Source: Candidatus Binatia bacterium
GTDB taxonomy: Bacteria > Desulfobacterota > Binatia > HRBIN30
Assembly (NCBI GenBank): GCA_036382395.1
Contig: DASVHW010000155.1
Span: 1-51,357 of the forward strand
Length of the DNA stretch: 51,357 nt
Direction: 5' to 3'
The translations under genes and the position numbers were made by a program. Shown piece by piece: positions 1 to 8,355 of the stretch. The notes below the pieces were generated by a model, which saw nothing but the letters and a program-made list of their open reading frames with translations, was not told where the DNA came from and searched no databases. Position 1 is the first letter of the stretch; each line of letters opens with the position of its first letter.

Positions 1-461
1 TCGCACCCGAGCCGCAGCGCCTCCAGCGGGATCGAGCCGCCCCCCGCAAACGGATCCACGACCAGCGGCGGCTCTTCGCCATGCGCCGCCTTCACCAGCG
101 CCCGGCTCACCTCGAGATAGGTACATTGCGCCGCGTTATCCCAGTTCGCGAAGTCCGCGATAAACTTGAGCAGCGCCTTGCGCAGGTCCTCGTCCGTGGT
201 GCCCGGATTGCAGCCGGCCACCTGCGGCAGGAGTTCCCGCGCCTTTGCCTTGAACTCCGCCGGGCAGAGCGGATCGCACGGGTCCGGCCACAGCAGCGTG
301 AGCAGCACCGCCCGGCTCGACGCCAGCGGCCGCCGCGCCCACCACAAGTGCAGCGTGCTCGGATGCCCGTGCCGGATCGACTTCTCCCGCGCCGCGCGCC
401 GCGACACCTCGGCGATCGGGAAGTCCACCTCGGCGAGGCGCTTGCAGTCCTTGGGGATCAT
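1..461 (-). CDS. DUF1156-domain DNA methyltransferase, N-terminal ~153 codons (the rest runs off the left window edge)
   Basis: Absent from the ORF track because it is open at the window edge. Reverse-complement translation from the ATG at 461..459 gives MIPKDCKRLAEVDFPIAEVSRRAAREKSIRHGHPSTLHLWWARRPLASSRAVLL...PPLVVDPFAGGGSIPLEALRLGC. KSIRHGHPSTLHLWWARRPLA is the hallmark DUF1156 N-terminal motif. DPFAGGGS resembles SAM-binding motif I. The start overlaps the upstream stop as ATGA (458..461). Confidence 0.75.
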   Translation of the reverse strand, partial: MIPKDCKRLAEVDFPIAEVSRRAAREKSIRHGHPSTLHLWWARRPLASSRAVLLTLLWPDPCDPLCPAEFKAKARELLPQVAGCNPGTTDEDLRKALLKFIADFANWDNAAQCTYLEVSRALVKAAHGEEPPLVVDPFAGGGSIPLEALRLGC

Positions 462-805
462 TGCCGGACCTTGCCCTTCTTCTTGCGAGACGGGCCGCCA
501 TCGCGGCCGGAATCGGGCGAGAGCGGTCCGGAAACGGGCGGTCGCCCGGAGGCATGGGCGGTTGCCATCGCCAGTCCCGCCTCCGTTGTTTTGTACCTCT
601 GCATCCGGCTTCGCGGCTTTTCAGGGATGGTCCGTTCCAGAATGTCCATGGCCATCAAGGGCGCAAGATAGTTCGCCTGGAAGGTCTTCCAGTGCTTGAG
701 CCCCAGTTCGGTCATGATGGCCTTCGCCGGTTGAGGTTCGCGGCAGAACGCCGCCACTTGTGCGGTGACTTCTGCGGTCACTTGTGCGGCGACATGCGGG
801 GTCAT
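458..805 (-). CDS. Small stand-alone winged-HTH protein, paralogous to the C-terminal tail of the upstream AlbA_2 protein, with a basic C-terminal tail
   Basis: 115-aa ORF. ILERTIPEKPRSRMQRYKTTEAG aligns with LVERTIPDKPNSRLQKYRLTPAG at the C-terminus of the 802..2283 product. It has an N-terminal VAAQ/VTAE/VTAQ peptide repeat. It has ATGA overlaps at both ends (802..805 and 458..461). Confidence 0.6.
   Translation of the reverse strand: MTPHVAAQVTAEVTAQVAAFCREPQPAKAIMTELGLKHWKTFQANYLAPLMAMDILERTIPEKPRSRMQRYKTTEAGLAMATAHASGRPPVSGPLSPDSGRDGGPSRKKKGKVRQ
755..802. repeat. Imperfect 12-bp tandem repeat, 4 units, coding
   Basis: Units are cacttgtgcggt / gacttctgcggt / cacttgtgcggc / gacatgcggggt. 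On the minus strand they encode HVAAQVTAEVTAQVAA at the N-terminus of the wHTH protein. Confidence 0.6.
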
Positions 806-2283
806 TTCACGTCATCCCCGCCGCGTTCCTTCAGCGCCTTTTCCCCGGCCGGGGTCAGCCGGTACTTCTGCAATCGGCTGTTCGGCTTGTCGGGTATGGT
901 GCGTTCGACGAGGCCTTGCTCAAGGAAACGTCGGACAGACCGCTTGAACGCTCCCGTCACGGCCTTGCACCCGCACCGTCTCGCCCAATCAGAGATCGCC
1001 AGGGGGCTGTCGGCTAGATGACGCAGGAGCGACTCGGCCCCTGACTCGGCCCCTGACTCGGCCCTTGACCTTCCCGCCGCGCCGCCGGCAACCAACGGCG
1101 CCCTGAAGGTGACGACCAGGAACCCCTGCTTTTCCTCGAAGACCGGAGGCGGTGCGCCGTGCTTCTCGCACATCTCGATCACGCGGTTGGTGCCGCGACC
1201 CCAGACCTCCACCGCTCCGGTGCGATGGAACGCTTCGGCGATCGACGGGTTGGTCGGCTTCGACAGATGCGGACCGGAGAGCTGTTCCACGGTCATGCCG
1301 CCGGGGAGACGGCCATAGCTCTGGATCTCGATGCGGTCGTCGAAGATCGCGATCGCGACGTACCCGGAGTGATGGGAGTAGTCGCGGTGCATGACGGCGT
1401 TGAGGAGGATCTCTCGCAGCGCTGCGGGCGGAACCGGGAAGCGATCTTCACGGAAAACCGTTCCCTTGGGGAATCGCGCCCCCAGCGGCATGGTGCGCTC
1501 GAGGAACGCCATGCCTTCGCGCACCATGGAAAAGGCGTTCATGTGCTCCTGCCGGTTGTCCACGATCTCGCCGGTGACCGTCGTGCCGCGGAAGCGCCCC
1601 AGCTTGAGAAGGCACTGGGGATAGTCGGGCATGAATCGCGTGCCGTAGAGCACCTGGGCGGCCCGCGTGAGGACGCTCGATACCCGCAGTCCCAGCCGGT
1701 CGAGAATCTCCCCGATGTCGCGGCGGGTGTCCGGCGAGATCCGGCTTTGCTGAATGGCCAGCTCGCGCGTCCGCAGGATTTCCTTGCGATCCAGGTCCTT
1801 CAGCGCCAGTCCCTCGGCTGAAAGGTTCTCCCAGCGGCGTTTGGCATGGCCGCGCTCGACGAGCAGACGCTCGTACTTGGCCTGCGGCATCCGACGCGTC
1901 GTGCTCCCTACGCGCTCGTACGGGCGGCCTTCGTAGGTGAAGGGTCGCATGTCCACGCCACCCTCGACCGCCGCAAGGACGAGCTCGCGGCCTGCCTTGA
2001 CCTTGATGCGATGGATGGAGACGTGGGCGGGCGGCTCGAAGCGATCGGCGGCTTGAGCGATGTCGCGGAGCGTCTGGTCAGAGACGGCCTGCCCCTCGAT
2101 GGTACCTTCCGGCCGGACGCCGAAGAGCACCATGCCGCCGGAGCCGTTCAGGAAGGCGCAGAGCGTCTGCATGCCTTCCTTCAACTCTCCCGTCGAGCGC
2201 TTGAACTCCAGAGCCGGACCTTCGCTTTCTTTCACGAGGGCGGCGAGCTGTTTCGCGTTCGCGGGAATCCCCACGGTCGTCAC
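802..2283 (-). CDS. AlbA_2 (Schlafen-like divergent AAA) + HATPase_c_4 + C-terminal wHTH protein, the family often annotated as 'RecG-like putative transcriptional regulator'
   Basis: 493-aa ORF with a GTG start. N-terminus SEGPALEFKRSTGELKEGMQTLCAFLNGSGGMVLFGV is typical of AlbA_2. The central LREILLNAVMHRDYSHHSGYVAIAIFDDRIEIQSYGRLPGG is typical of HATPase_c_4. The C-terminal wHTH ends ERTIPDKPNSRLQKYRLTPAG. GTGA overlap with the helicase stop (2280..2283). Confidence 0.75.
   Translation of the reverse strand: MTTVGIPANAKQLAALVKESEGPALEFKRSTGELKEGMQTLCAFLNGSGGMVLFGVRPEGTIEGQAVSDQTLRDIAQAADRFEPPAHVSIHRIKVKAGRELVLAAVEGGVDMRPFTYEGRPYERVGSTTRRMPQAKYERLLVERGHAKRRWENLSAEGLALKDLDRKEILRTRELAIQQSRISPDTRRDIGEILDRLGLRVSSVLTRAAQVLYGTRFMPDYPQCLLKLGRFRGTTVTGEIVDNRQEHMNAFSMVREGMAFLERTMPLGARFPKGTVFREDRFPVPPAALREILLNAVMHRDYSHHSGYVAIAIFDDRIEIQSYGRLPGGMTVEQLSGPHLSKPTNPSIAEAFHRTGAVEVWGRGTNRVIEMCEKHGAPPPVFEEKQGFLVVTFRAPLVAGGAAGRSRAESGAESGAESLLRHLADSPLAISDWARRCGCKAVTGAFKRSVRRFLEQGLVERTIPDKPNSRLQKYRLTPAGEKALKERGGDDVK
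1031..1066. repeat. 12-bp tandem repeat x3 (gactcggcccct), coding
   Basis: gactcggcccct gactcggcccct gactcggccctt read directly. It encodes the (AESG)x3 linker just before the wHTH of the AlbA_2 protein. Confidence 0.9.
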
Positions 2284-5200
2284 GGACGTTCTCCTCCATA
2301 CGGCGGCGAGTCCTCACGCACCTGCATGGGCTTCGTCATCGCGTTCACGGCCAAGTAGTAGTGGGCCACCTTCGTCACCTCGTTCCAGTCGAGGCGCGCC
2401 GGGTCGCGGATCGGCTGCTGGAGTCGCGGAGCATTGTCGCAGTCGGTGACGACGTAGAGCCAGAAACAGTCGGGACGGTCTTCTGCCACGCGGCGCTCAT
2501 TGGGCGTGAGCAGGATCGTGCCGGTCGCTGCACCAAGGCCCTTCACCTCGATGAGGCGCAGCTCTCCGGAAGCAAGGTCGAGGCTCGTGACGTCGTAACC
2601 CAGGTTTTTCTCCGAGACATCGTAGACCTGCCGCCCCTGCGCCTGCTCGTGCTCCATGACCACGCGCATGGCGATGGCTTCGGTCTCGAAGTTCGGCCTG
2701 AGACGTCGCACCTCGGGCGCCTCGCGCTCCGGATGGGGCAGGACCAGCACGCTGGCGATACGTTCGACGGCTTGCAGCGTGAGCGCCCGCTGGCGCTCCA
2801 GCTCGCGCCGCCGCCGCTCGCGCCGCACCATCAATTCGGCATGTCGTGCTTCCGCTTGTGCCAACCGGCCCTCTGCACCGGTCACCTTCTGGTCGACCTC
2901 CGCCGCAGCTTTGCCGATCTCTTCGTCGACCTTCTGCAGCAGCTCCGTCAACGACAGCTTGATGTGCGCGCCGATGCGCTCGATCTCGGCCAGTCGCTCG
3001 GCGCGGACTTCTCCGATGAAGGGTGTGAGCGCGTTTGTGTTCAGCCACTCGGTTGCCTCGGGAAGCGAGATGACCGACGGCAGAGCGGCGGGCGCTGGAG
3101 TTGCGGTGAGGTTGCCGAGCATGCTGAGTTCGACCAGCTTGGCGTTGCCCTCACCCTCGCTGCGAGAATTCTCTTGAAGGAAGCCTTCGCTTGGAGACGC
3201 CGTGCCCTCACGGCGTTCAATCCCGCTGCGAGCGCGGGCTGAGGGCAGCCCGTCTCCAACTGCGGAGTGAGGAGATCCAATCTCCACAGCGAACAACCGT
3301 TCGTGAATCACTTGGCCGAGGCCGTCGACGACTCGTGCGCGGTAAAAGTCGATTCGCGCCGACGTCTCGTGGTCGAGCGAGTAGAAGCACGCGCCCTTGG
3401 CGAACACCTCCTGGGCGAGTGCGCTGGTGTGCCGGTGCAGCGCTTCGAAGTGCGGATGCCCCGGCGTGACCCACTCCAGATTGTTCTTCTCCGCCGTCTC
3501 GCGATCGGTCGACAGCCGCGGATACTTCGCGACCAGCGCTGGAAGCTTCCAGTCGGGTTCGCTCTCCTGGCGCCGCAACACCGGCGGCGTCCTGCCGGGC
3601 TCGAACGCGTGCGGCAGCGACGCAACCGGCTTCAGCTCGAACGGGACATACCCCGCCGCGTCGCGGATGAAGCGCGCGATCGTCTCGGGCACGACGCGCC
3701 GCTCCTGGGCGCGGGCGCGGCGCTCGATGAGCATGTCGAGGTTGAGCCGCTTGCTGGCCAAACCTTCGAGCGCATTCTGGCAGATGGCCCGGAACCGGCC
3801 TTCGTCGACATCGCGCAGGAGCCGATCTTCAAGGTCCGCATCGCCGAGCTTGCCGGCATAGTAGTCGCGTAGGACGCGCTCGATGTGGGCGGCAGGCAGG
3901 ATCTCACCGACGACGTTGAAGACGGCGTCGTCATCGAGGGCGTTGCGGATCTCCTGCAGCTTCTCGAGCAAGCGCTGGAGCACGCGGCCTTCGATGGTAT
4001 TCGTGGCAACGAAGTTGAAGATGAGACAGTCGAAGAGCTGGCCGTAGCGATGGATGCGGCCCATGCGCTGTTCGAGCCGATTCGGGTTCCACGGAATGTC
4101 GTAGTTGAACAAAATGTGGCAGCACTGCAGGTTGATGCCTTCACCTGCCGCTTCGGTGGCAACGAGCATCTGAATGTTACCTTCTCTGAACTGCTGCTCG
4201 ACGTACAGCCGCGTGTTCGGTTCTTCCCGCGAGCCGATCTTCATGCTGCCGTGGATGCATCCGACGCGGAAGCCCCACTCTTTGAGAAGTCCCATCAGAT
4301 AGTCCAGCGTGTCCTTAAACTCGGTGAACAGGAGCAGACGCTGCTCGGGATGGTCGAAGAATCCCTCTTGGTGCAGGAGCTCCTTGAGCCGCGACAGCTT
4401 GGCCTCGGCGCCCGAGTCCTCGACGCGCTTAGCATCTACGGCCAGCACCTTCAGCTCCGCGATCTCCTCGCGAACCTGCTCGGCACTGCCGGCAAGCGTG
4501 ATCGCTTCGAGCATCTGCTCCAGGCGCTCCCGTTCGCTCTCCTCCATCTCTTCCAGTTCTTCAGGATCGGGAAGGTCCGGTGGTGCGATTCGCGCGAGTT
4601 CCTGGGCCTGCTTCAGTGCCGCGTCGAGGCGGCGGGCGCGATTGTCGAGCGAGCACCGCATGGCGTGCGTGCTGGACGCCAGCCGGCGCTGGTACAGCGA
4701 CATGAGGAAGCCGACGGCGCGAGCGCGCGGATCGTCGCCCTGTGCGGCGGCCTTGGCGCTCTGCTGCTTCACGAAGTGGGTCACGCTCCGGTAGAGATCG
4801 AACTCGTTCCCGTCGATCTGGAAGTCGACCGTGTGCGGAATCCGCTTGGTGAAGATCTTCCGCGCCACCCACGAGCCGTCGCTCTGGCGCTCGGGGAAAT
4901 AGACCATCGCCTCCTTCGTGCGACGCAGGTAGAATGGCGCGCGGCGCTGGGTCATCGCCTGACGAATCGACTTCACGTCGGCGTAGGCGTCCTCGTCGAG
5001 CAGTTGGAGAAACAGGCTGAAGTTCGTCGGGTCACCCTTGTGCGGCGTGGCGGTGAGGAGCAGTAGGTGATCCGTGCTGTCCCGGAGCAGCTCCCCGAGC
5101 GCGTAGCGCGCGGTCTTCCGAGCTGGCGGCGTCCACGACATCCGGTGCGCCTCGTCGACGATGACCAAATCCCAGTGCACTTGTTTCAGGCCGGGAAGAA

Positions 5201-5837
5201 TGTCAGTGCGCTTGGCCAGGTCAAGCGACGTGAGGACATGACGGTGCTCCAGCCACTGGTTGACGCCGAACTGGTCGCGAATGTCGCCGCCTTTCAGGAC
5301 CAGAAATTTCTCGTCGAACTTCTCCTTCAGCTCGCGCTGCCATTGGAAGGTCAGATTGGCGGGGCAGACGATCATAATCCGATCAGCCAGCCCACGGAGC
5401 TTCAGCTCGCGGATGAGCAGTCCCGCCATGATGGTCTTGCCCGCACCGGCGTCGTCGGCGAGCAGGAAGCGTACGCGCGCGAGTTTGAGCAGGTAGTGGT
5501 AAACGGCTTCAAGCTGGTGGGGCAGGGGATCGACGCGCGACACCGAGAGGCCGAAATACGGGTCGAATTCGTATGCAATCCCCAGCGAGTAGGCCTGCAA
5601 GCCCAGCCAGAGCAGCCGGCCGTCGCCGTTGTACGTGCAGACGGATTCTTGAACAGCCAGGGCTTCGAGATCCCGGCGCGTCAGCGTTACGCTGCGGAAT
5701 CGCTCCGAGCGGATACCGACAAGCCCGACCGTCCAGGTGTCCGGCCCATTCGGCCGCACTGTCTCCACGCGCATGGGCTCGTTGAAGAGTGCACCGGAAA
5801 GAACTTGTCCGGGACTGATAGCGTGTTCTTCGTTCAT
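2280..5837 (-). CDS. SNF2-family helicase with a long coiled-coil linker and a C-terminal DUF3883 (PD-(D/E)xK-like) domain
   Basis: Helicase motifs: LLADDAGAGKT (motif I), LVIVDEAHRMS (DEAH), LLLTATPHKG, QRMGRIHRYGQ (motif VI). C-terminus: NLGYDVTSLDLASGELRLIEVKG...CFWLYVVTDC, as in DUF3883. The start is uncertain: ATG at 5837 (GGAGG lies immediately upstream) or TTG at 5861 (track start). Confidence 0.85.
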   Translation of the reverse strand: MNEEHAISPGQVLSGALFNEPMRVETVRPNGPDTWTVGLVGIRSERFRSVTLTRRDLEALAVQESVCTYNGDGRLLWLGLQAYSLGIAYEFDPYFGLSVSRVDPLPHQLEAVYHYLLKLARVRFLLADDAGAGKTIMAGLLIRELKLRGLADRIMIVCPANLTFQWQRELKEKFDEKFLVLKGGDIRDQFGVNQWLEHRHVLTSLDLAKRTDILPGLKQVHWDLVIVDEAHRMSWTPPARKTARYALGELLRDSTDHLLLLTATPHKGDPTNFSLFLQLLDEDAYADVKSIRQAMTQRRAPFYLRRTKEAMVYFPERQSDGSWVARKIFTKRIPHTVDFQIDGNEFDLYRSVTHFVKQQSAKAAAQGDDPRARAVGFLMSLYQRRLASSTHAMRCSLDNRARRLDAALKQAQELARIAPPDLPDPEELEEMEESERERLEQMLEAITLAGSAEQVREEIAELKVLAVDAKRVEDSGAEAKLSRLKELLHQEGFFDHPEQRLLLFTEFKDTLDYLMGLLKEWGFRVGCIHGSMKIGSREEPNTRLYVEQQFREGNIQMLVATEAAGEGINLQCCHILFNYDIPWNPNRLEQRMGRIHRYGQLFDCLIFNFVATNTIEGRVLQRLLEKLQEIRNALDDDAVFNVVGEILPAAHIERVLRDYYAGKLGDADLEDRLLRDVDEGRFRAICQNALEGLASKRLNLDMLIERRARAQERRVVPETIARFIRDAAGYVPFELKPVASLPHAFEPGRTPPVLRRQESEPDWKLPALVAKYPRLSTDRETAEKNNLEWVTPGHPHFEALHRHTSALAQEVFAKGACFYSLDHETSARIDFYRARVVDGLGQVIHERLFAVEIGSPHSAVGDGLPSARARSGIERREGTASPSEGFLQENSRSEGEGNAKLVELSMLGNLTATPAPAALPSVISLPEATEWLNTNALTPFIGEVRAERLAEIERIGAHIKLSLTELLQKVDEEIGKAAAEVDQKVTGAEGRLAQAEARHAELMVRRERRRRELERQRALTLQAVERIASVLVLPHPEREAPEVRRLRPNFETEAIAMRVVMEHEQAQGRQVYDVSEKNLGYDVTSLDLASGELRLIEVKGLGAATGTILLTPNERRVAEDRPDCFWLYVVTDCDNAPRLQQPIRDPARLDWNEVTKVAHYYLAVNAMTKPMQVREDSPPYGGERP

Positions 5838-5959
5838 CCTCCGCCCCGCTCGCTCCTGCAATTAGCATAGGCTCGCGGTTGGGAGATAGAACCGAGAGTG
5901 AACCGACAGAAGGGTACGGGTGGGCGCCCGCCTACGGCTGACCCCGTCTCCCTCGCAGG

Positions 5960-7135
5960 CTACGACTCAGGACCGATGGTCAGCACGAGATCATTGCGGT
6001 GGATGACCTCTTCGGTGAGCTTGTATCCGAGGACGCCTTCGATGCCGGCGGAATGGACGCCTTTGATCTTGTCCAATTCGGCGGCGCTGTAGTTCACCAG
6101 GCCGCGCGCGAATTCGCTGCCTGACAGATCGACGCAGCGAACGCACTCGCCGGGGCCGAACTTGCCGTGGACCTCCTTCAAGCCTTTGGGCAAGAGACTG
6201 CGGCCCTTGTGGGTGATTGCTTCATAGGCACCCGGGTCCACCACCAGCGTGCCCGCCGGCTTCAATGTGTAGGCGATCCAGTGCTTGCGCCGGCCCAGTC
6301 GATCGCCGCGCGGAAGAATCAGTGTGCCCACCGCTTGGCGCGCATCGAACACCGCCGGCAGCACGCCGGAATGGAGACCGTCCGCGATGATGGTGGGAAT
6401 GCCGGCGGCAGCGGCCTTCCTGGCGGCGGCAAACTTCGATGCCATTCCCCCCGTGCCGAGTGCGCCACGCCCATCCATGACGTAGGCGGACATGGCGCGG
6501 CCGGGATCCTCGACCACGTCGACCATCACGGCGTCGGAATGGGCGTGCGGGTTCTTGGTGTACAGTCCGGCGACGTCGCTGAGCAGCACGAGCAGGTCGG
6601 CTTCGACCAGGCCGGCGATCAGGGCCGACAGATTGTCATTGTCGCCGAAGTTTCTCAGCTCGTCGATGACCACGGTGTCGTTTTCGTTGGCCACGGGCAC
6701 GACGTCGGCGGCAATGAGCGTCTCGATCGTGTGCCGCGCGTTGAGATACCGGCTGCGGTCCGCCAGGTCGTCGTGGGTGAGGAGAATCTGAGCTACCTGG
6801 GTCGAGTGCGAGGCGAAGTACTCTTCGTAGAGGGCCATCAAGTTGATCTGTCCGACCGCGGCGGCCGCCTGCCGCTGTGGGACGGTTTTCGGGCGTTCCT
6901 TGAACCCAAGGCGCGCCATGCCCGCGGCAACCGCGCCCGAGCTCACCACCACCAGCTCGATGCCGCGTTTGTGCAATCCGCACAGTTCTTCCGCCAGCGA
7001 TCGGAGCCGCGGGCGATTGATGCCGTTCGGCCCCGATAAGATGCTGCTACCGATCTTGATTACCGCGCGGCGCAGGTGTTTACACAAGCGCGGCTTATGA
7101 ACGAGTTGGTCGTTTGTCGCGGCAGATCCGCCCAT
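5960..7135 (-). CDS. proB: Glutamate 5-kinase with PUA domain
   Basis: VIKIGSSILSG...ELVVVSSGAVAAGMARLG...NDTVVIDELRNFGDNDNLSAL, plus a C-terminal PUA-like region (GDRLGRRKHWIAY...VNYSAAELDKIKG). Confidence 0.9.
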   Translation of the reverse strand: MGGSAATNDQLVHKPRLCKHLRRAVIKIGSSILSGPNGINRPRLRSLAEELCGLHKRGIELVVVSSGAVAAGMARLGFKERPKTVPQRQAAAAVGQINLMALYEEYFASHSTQVAQILLTHDDLADRSRYLNARHTIETLIAADVVPVANENDTVVIDELRNFGDNDNLSALIAGLVEADLLVLLSDVAGLYTKNPHAHSDAVMVDVVEDPGRAMSAYVMDGRGALGTGGMASKFAAARKAAAAGIPTIIADGLHSGVLPAVFDARQAVGTLILPRGDRLGRRKHWIAYTLKPAGTLVVDPGAYEAITHKGRSLLPKGLKEVHGKFGPGECVRCVDLSGSEFARGLVNYSAAELDKIKGVHSAGIEGVLGYKLTEEVIHRNDLVLTIGPES

Positions 7136-7136
7136 C

Positions 7137-8210
7137 TCATTCCCTCACCCTGACCGTCTCCTGGAGCGCGAGGGGATCCTGAGGTGGCGGCTCGTCAGGC
7201 ACCGCCGCTCGTAGCGCCCGCCAACGGCGACCGACCTCACGCATGAGCACGGCGACGCCTTCGCCCGTGGCGGCAGAGATTGCCCACAGCGTGATGCCGC
7301 GTTGCGCAAAACGCGCCTGGACAGCAGGGTAGCGTTCTCGCGCTTCGCTCAAATCCATCTTATTGGCGACCACCACCTGCGGTTTTGCCGCCAGCGTGGC
7401 ATCGAAGGCTTCGAGTTCGCGATTGATCGCGTCGTAGTCGTCCACCGGATCCCGGCCGGTCAGGCCGCTGATATCGAGGAGATGAATCAGGAGACTGGTG
7501 CGCGACAGGTGGCGGAGAAAACGGTCCCCCAGTCCGCGTCCGCGGTGCGCCCCTTCGATCAGACCCGGAATGTCGGCAAGGACGAAACTTCCTTCGTCAT
7601 CGAAGCGGACGACGCCCAGGTGGGGCACGAGTGTCGTGAAAGGGTAATCCGCAATCACGGGTCGGGCGGCGGAGACGGCACTGATCACGGTTGATTTGCC
7701 GACGTTCGGATACCCGACCAACCCGACGTCGGCCAGAAGGTGGAGTTCGAGCCGCAGGCGGCGTTCCTCGCCTGGAGTTCCGGGCTGGGCGTATCGCGGC
7801 GCCTGGTTCGTGGAGCTGGCGAAATGGGCGTTGCCTTTGCCGCCGCGCCCGCCGTGCGCGACGATGTAGCGCTCGTGCGGCTGGCGGAGATCGACGATCA
7901 GCTCGCCGGTATCGGCATCGGTGACGATGGTGCCCGGGGGGACGCGGACCAGACGGCCCTCACCGTGCTTTCCGTACTGTTGCTTTCCCCTGCCATGTTC
8001 GCCCCGGCCGCCTTTGACGAGGGGCTGAAATTTGAAATCCAGCAAGGTGGTGAGGCCGGGGTCGACCACAAAGACCACATCGCCGCCGTCGCCCCCATCG
8101 CCGCCGCTCGGTCCGCCGTGGGGCCTATATTTTTCGCGCAAAAAGCTGACACAACCACGCCCACCGTCGCCGGCATGCACATGGACCTCAGCTTCGTCAA
8201 TGAATTTCAT
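7137..8210 (-). CDS. obg: GTPase Obg/CgtA
   Basis: MKFIDEAEVHVHAGDGGRGCVSFLREKYRPHGGPSGGDGGDGGDV is the Obg fold. G domain: GYPNVGKST ... DIPGLIEGAH ... NKMD. Confidence 0.95.
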   Translation of the reverse strand: MKFIDEAEVHVHAGDGGRGCVSFLREKYRPHGGPSGGDGGDGGDVVFVVDPGLTTLLDFKFQPLVKGGRGEHGRGKQQYGKHGEGRLVRVPPGTIVTDADTGELIVDLRQPHERYIVAHGGRGGKGNAHFASSTNQAPRYAQPGTPGEERRLRLELHLLADVGLVGYPNVGKSTVISAVSAARPVIADYPFTTLVPHLGVVRFDDEGSFVLADIPGLIEGAHRGRGLGDRFLRHLSRTSLLIHLLDISGLTGRDPVDDYDAINRELEAFDATLAAKPQVVVANKMDLSEARERYPAVQARFAQRGITLWAISAATGEGVAVLMREVGRRWRALRAAVPDEPPPQDPLALQETVRVRE

Positions 8211-8355
8211 CTCCGCTGCCGGCGGAGGTTAGCGGCACCACCCGAAAAAGGAAAGCGGTCTTCACCTGTCTCGCCTGCGCTCGTAGCGGCGCAGCATGCT
8301 GCGCCCCTACATAAGGGACGAAAATCGACAGACACGGAGGGTGAGGCAGAAGAGG

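Noticed and set aside
81-1021. Plus-strand ORFs 81..671, 166..699 and 461..1021, and minus-strand ORF 136..555
   Set aside because: They overlap the DUF1156 and wHTH genes, which have clear family motifs and operon-style start/stop overlaps. These ORFs are Arg/Pro/Ala-rich alternate-frame artefacts.
1031-1066. Short tandem repeats as a CRISPR-like or VNTR locus
   Set aside because: The 12-bp units have no spacers and lie in frame inside a CDS, where they encode an (AESG)3 linker. This is not a CRISPR array.
2361-5870. Plus-strand ORFs opposite the helicase (2361..3242, 3267..3872, 3885..5066, 5067..5870)
   Set aside because: They are antisense to a helicase with a full SF2 motif set. They are mirror-frame artefacts of a high-GC gene.
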